Shown: positions 61,895 through 64,000 of the stretch, in pieces
Layout: each line of letters opens with the position of its first letter
Numbering within the stretch: position 1 is the stretch's first letter
Source: Malacoraja senta
Lineage: Eukaryota
Reading direction: 5' to 3'
Length of the DNA: 64,000 bases
Assembly: GCA_038087875.1 (NCBI GenBank)
Contig: JAXLNO010004294.1
Span: 1-64,000, forward strand
Notes under the pieces: generated by a model
Database searches by the model: none
Seen by the model: the letters and a program-made list of their open reading frames with translations, nothing else
Told to the model about the DNA's origin: nothing
Translations under genes and position numbers: made by a program

Positions 61895-62420
61895 CAAGCT
61901 ATAGCTTACACTGAAGATAGACACAAAAAGCTGGAGTAACTCACCTGGTCAGATAGCATCTCTGGAGTAAAGGTGACATTTCGGTTTGAGACCCTTCTTC
62001 AGACTGCGGAAAGGGAAGGGAGATATAGACGGTGATGTAGAGAGCTATAGATCAAATCAATGAAAGATTTGCACAAAAGTAATGATGATAAAGAAAACAG
62101 GCCATTGTTAGCTGTTTGTTAGGTGAGAAGGGACTTTGAAGCTGGTACGACTTGGGTGGGGGAGGGATGGAGAGAGAGGGAATGCAGGGATTACGAAGTC
62201 AGAGAACTCAATATTCATACCACTGGTTGTAAGCTGCCCAAGTGAAATATGAGATGCTGTTCCTCTAATTTGCGTTTGGCCTCACTCTGACAAAAGAGGA
62301 GGCCCAGGACTGAAAGGTCAGTGTGGGAATGGGAAGGGGAAGTAAAGTGTTTGGGAACCGGGAGATCAGGTAGGTCCAGGCGGAATGAGTGAAGGTGTTC
62401 AGTGAAACAATCGGCCAGGC
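61895..62420 (-). mobile_element. Penelope-like element 3' fragment
   Basis: Terminal repeat followed by antisense GIY-YIG-region sequence matching 10790-11250. Confidence 0.8.
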
Positions 62421-63373
62421 TTATATCAAGGGCTTATTCAAGTTTTCGTTTTTGGACGGCAGCTTTCTTTTCCAGCTTTCTTCCCCCATACTACAATCAG
62501 TGTGAAGAATAGTCCCAACTAAAAATGTTGTCTGTCCATTCCCTCCACAGATGCTGCCTGACCTCTTGAGTTTCTCCAGCATTCTCTGTTATGCAGTGAT
62601 AGATCTGTCCCTATCAGTACACACTGCTGTGCCAGGACTAAACTGTACTCATCAGTACCATCTCCCAGTGCTACACAGTGGCTGATGACCTGTAAAGCAC
62701 CAACATGCCTTCCTAACTCAGTCCCGTACGAAGCTTTTCAAAAAGGGGGGTGGCATGACAGGATCACAAAAAGATTGTAATGTGAAATAATGTGCGCGCT
62801 GTGCATGATTGTAATGTGAAATAATGTGCGCGCTGTGCACATCACGAGCGTGAAGTGTGAAGTCCCTCGATGCCAGGGTCCAGGGGTTTTAGATGCTCTC
62901 TGATGCATTCTGAGCCTTATTTTGGAGCATTTTTGCATCAAATTCATGACCAATATTTCAGAAATTAACAGGAATCTGAGAGGTAGCTTTTTCACACAAA
63001 GGGTGGTGGGTATATGGAACAAGCTGCCAGAGGAGGTAGTTAAGGCTGGGACTATCCTAATGTTTAAGAGACATTTGGACACGTACATGGATAGGAGAGG
63101 TTTACATGGATATGGGCCAGACGCGTGTGAGTGGGACTAGTTTAGATGGGACATGTTGGTCGGTGTGGGCAAGTTGGGCTGAAGGGCCTGTTTCCACACT
63201 GCATCATTCTATGACTAAAAAGTTAAGAAGAAAAATGCATTTAGATAAGTAGAGCAGATTTGAAAGAGGAGTGAAATGTAAAGGTAGAGATAGGTTTATG
63301 GGTGGAAAGGAACATAGGAAAGGAGAGGGGAGAGTGGGCTTGGGCACATGGCTGAAGGGAAAATAGACACAAA

Positions 63374-63620
63374 GTGCTGGAGTAACTCAGCGGGTCAGGC
63401 AGCAACTGTGGAGAACATGGATAGGTGACATGTCACAGAGTGCTGGAGTAACTCAGTGGGTCAGGCAGCATCTCTGGAGAACATGGATAGGTGACATGTC
63501 ACAGAGCGCTGGAGTAACTCAGTGAGTCAGGCAGCATCTGCGGAGAACATGGATTGGTGACATTTCACAGAGTGCTGGAGCAAATCACTGGGTCAGGCAG
63601 CATCTCTGGAGAAAAGGTAT
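63374..63620. repeat. 66-bp tandem repeat (about 3.7 units) derived from the Penelope terminal repeat
   Basis: Units start at 63374, 63440, 63506 and 63572. Confidence 0.9.
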
Positions 63621-64000
63621 AGATTATATTTCGGGTCAAGACCCTTCTTCAGTTATATTCATGATGTGACATGCATAGACATTCCTGAATGTTACACAAA
63701 CCATCGTGAGCTACTTTGTGACGGTGCTTGCCCTCTCCTATAACGTCTCTGCTGCCTGGGTGAAGCAGGACAGGACACAAGCTTTGGGACACGGTGTGAA
63801 GCTGTTGCCGTCTGTCCCAGCCTGGTAAAAACCTGGATGGAGTGGATGTGGAGAGGATGTTTCCACTAGTGGGAGAGTCTAGGACCAGTGGCCACAGCCT
63901 CAGAATTAAAATACATTCCTTTAGGAAGAAGATGAGCAGGAATTTCTTAAGTCAGAAGGTGGTGAACTGTGGAATTCATTGCCACAGACAGCTGTGGAGG

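Noticed and set aside
63374-63620. Regular repeats resembling a CRISPR array
   Set aside because: Eukaryotic context; contiguous tandem units without unique spacers; no cas genes.
1-64000. Classical-MHC framework genes (TAP, PSMB8/9, tapasin) or beta-2-microglobulin
   Set aside because: No matching exons recognised, so linkage to the core MHC cannot be claimed from this window.

Overview
Repeat-dense cartilaginous-fish (elasmobranch, probably skate/ray) genomic DNA, inferred from HE1-type V-SINEs and CR1 LINE tails. The main non-repeat content is a divergent, non-classical MHC class I-like gene on the minus strand with six exons: leader 57776-57827, alpha1 53576-53836, alpha2 51557-51831, alpha3 50080-50352, TM 42091-42224 and cytoplasmic 41060-41110. 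Splice phases all match, but it carries two lesions: a 1-bp deletion in alpha2 and TAG at the GFYP tyrosine in alpha3. An X1/X2-Y (SXY-type) promoter module lies upstream. A second, homologous 52-nt leader exon with its own X-Y module sits at 12911-13079, suggesting a tandem paralogue whose other exons I could not find in the window. Other content: two young Passport-like Tc1 copies (one inserted 13 bp from the TM-exon acceptor and carrying an AFC-like SINE), a 3.5-kb hAT element with an 8-bp TSD, two PIF/Harbinger MITEs, a TSD-bounded L1 with a 5' homopolymer, a 184-bp near-perfect palindrome, and many CR1, Rex1/Babar and Penelope (GIY-YIG) fragments. Roughly two dozen short Penelope-derived termini carry a hammerhead-ribozyme-like core. 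All coordinates and alignments were made by eye; repeat boundaries are approximate unless a TSD is given.
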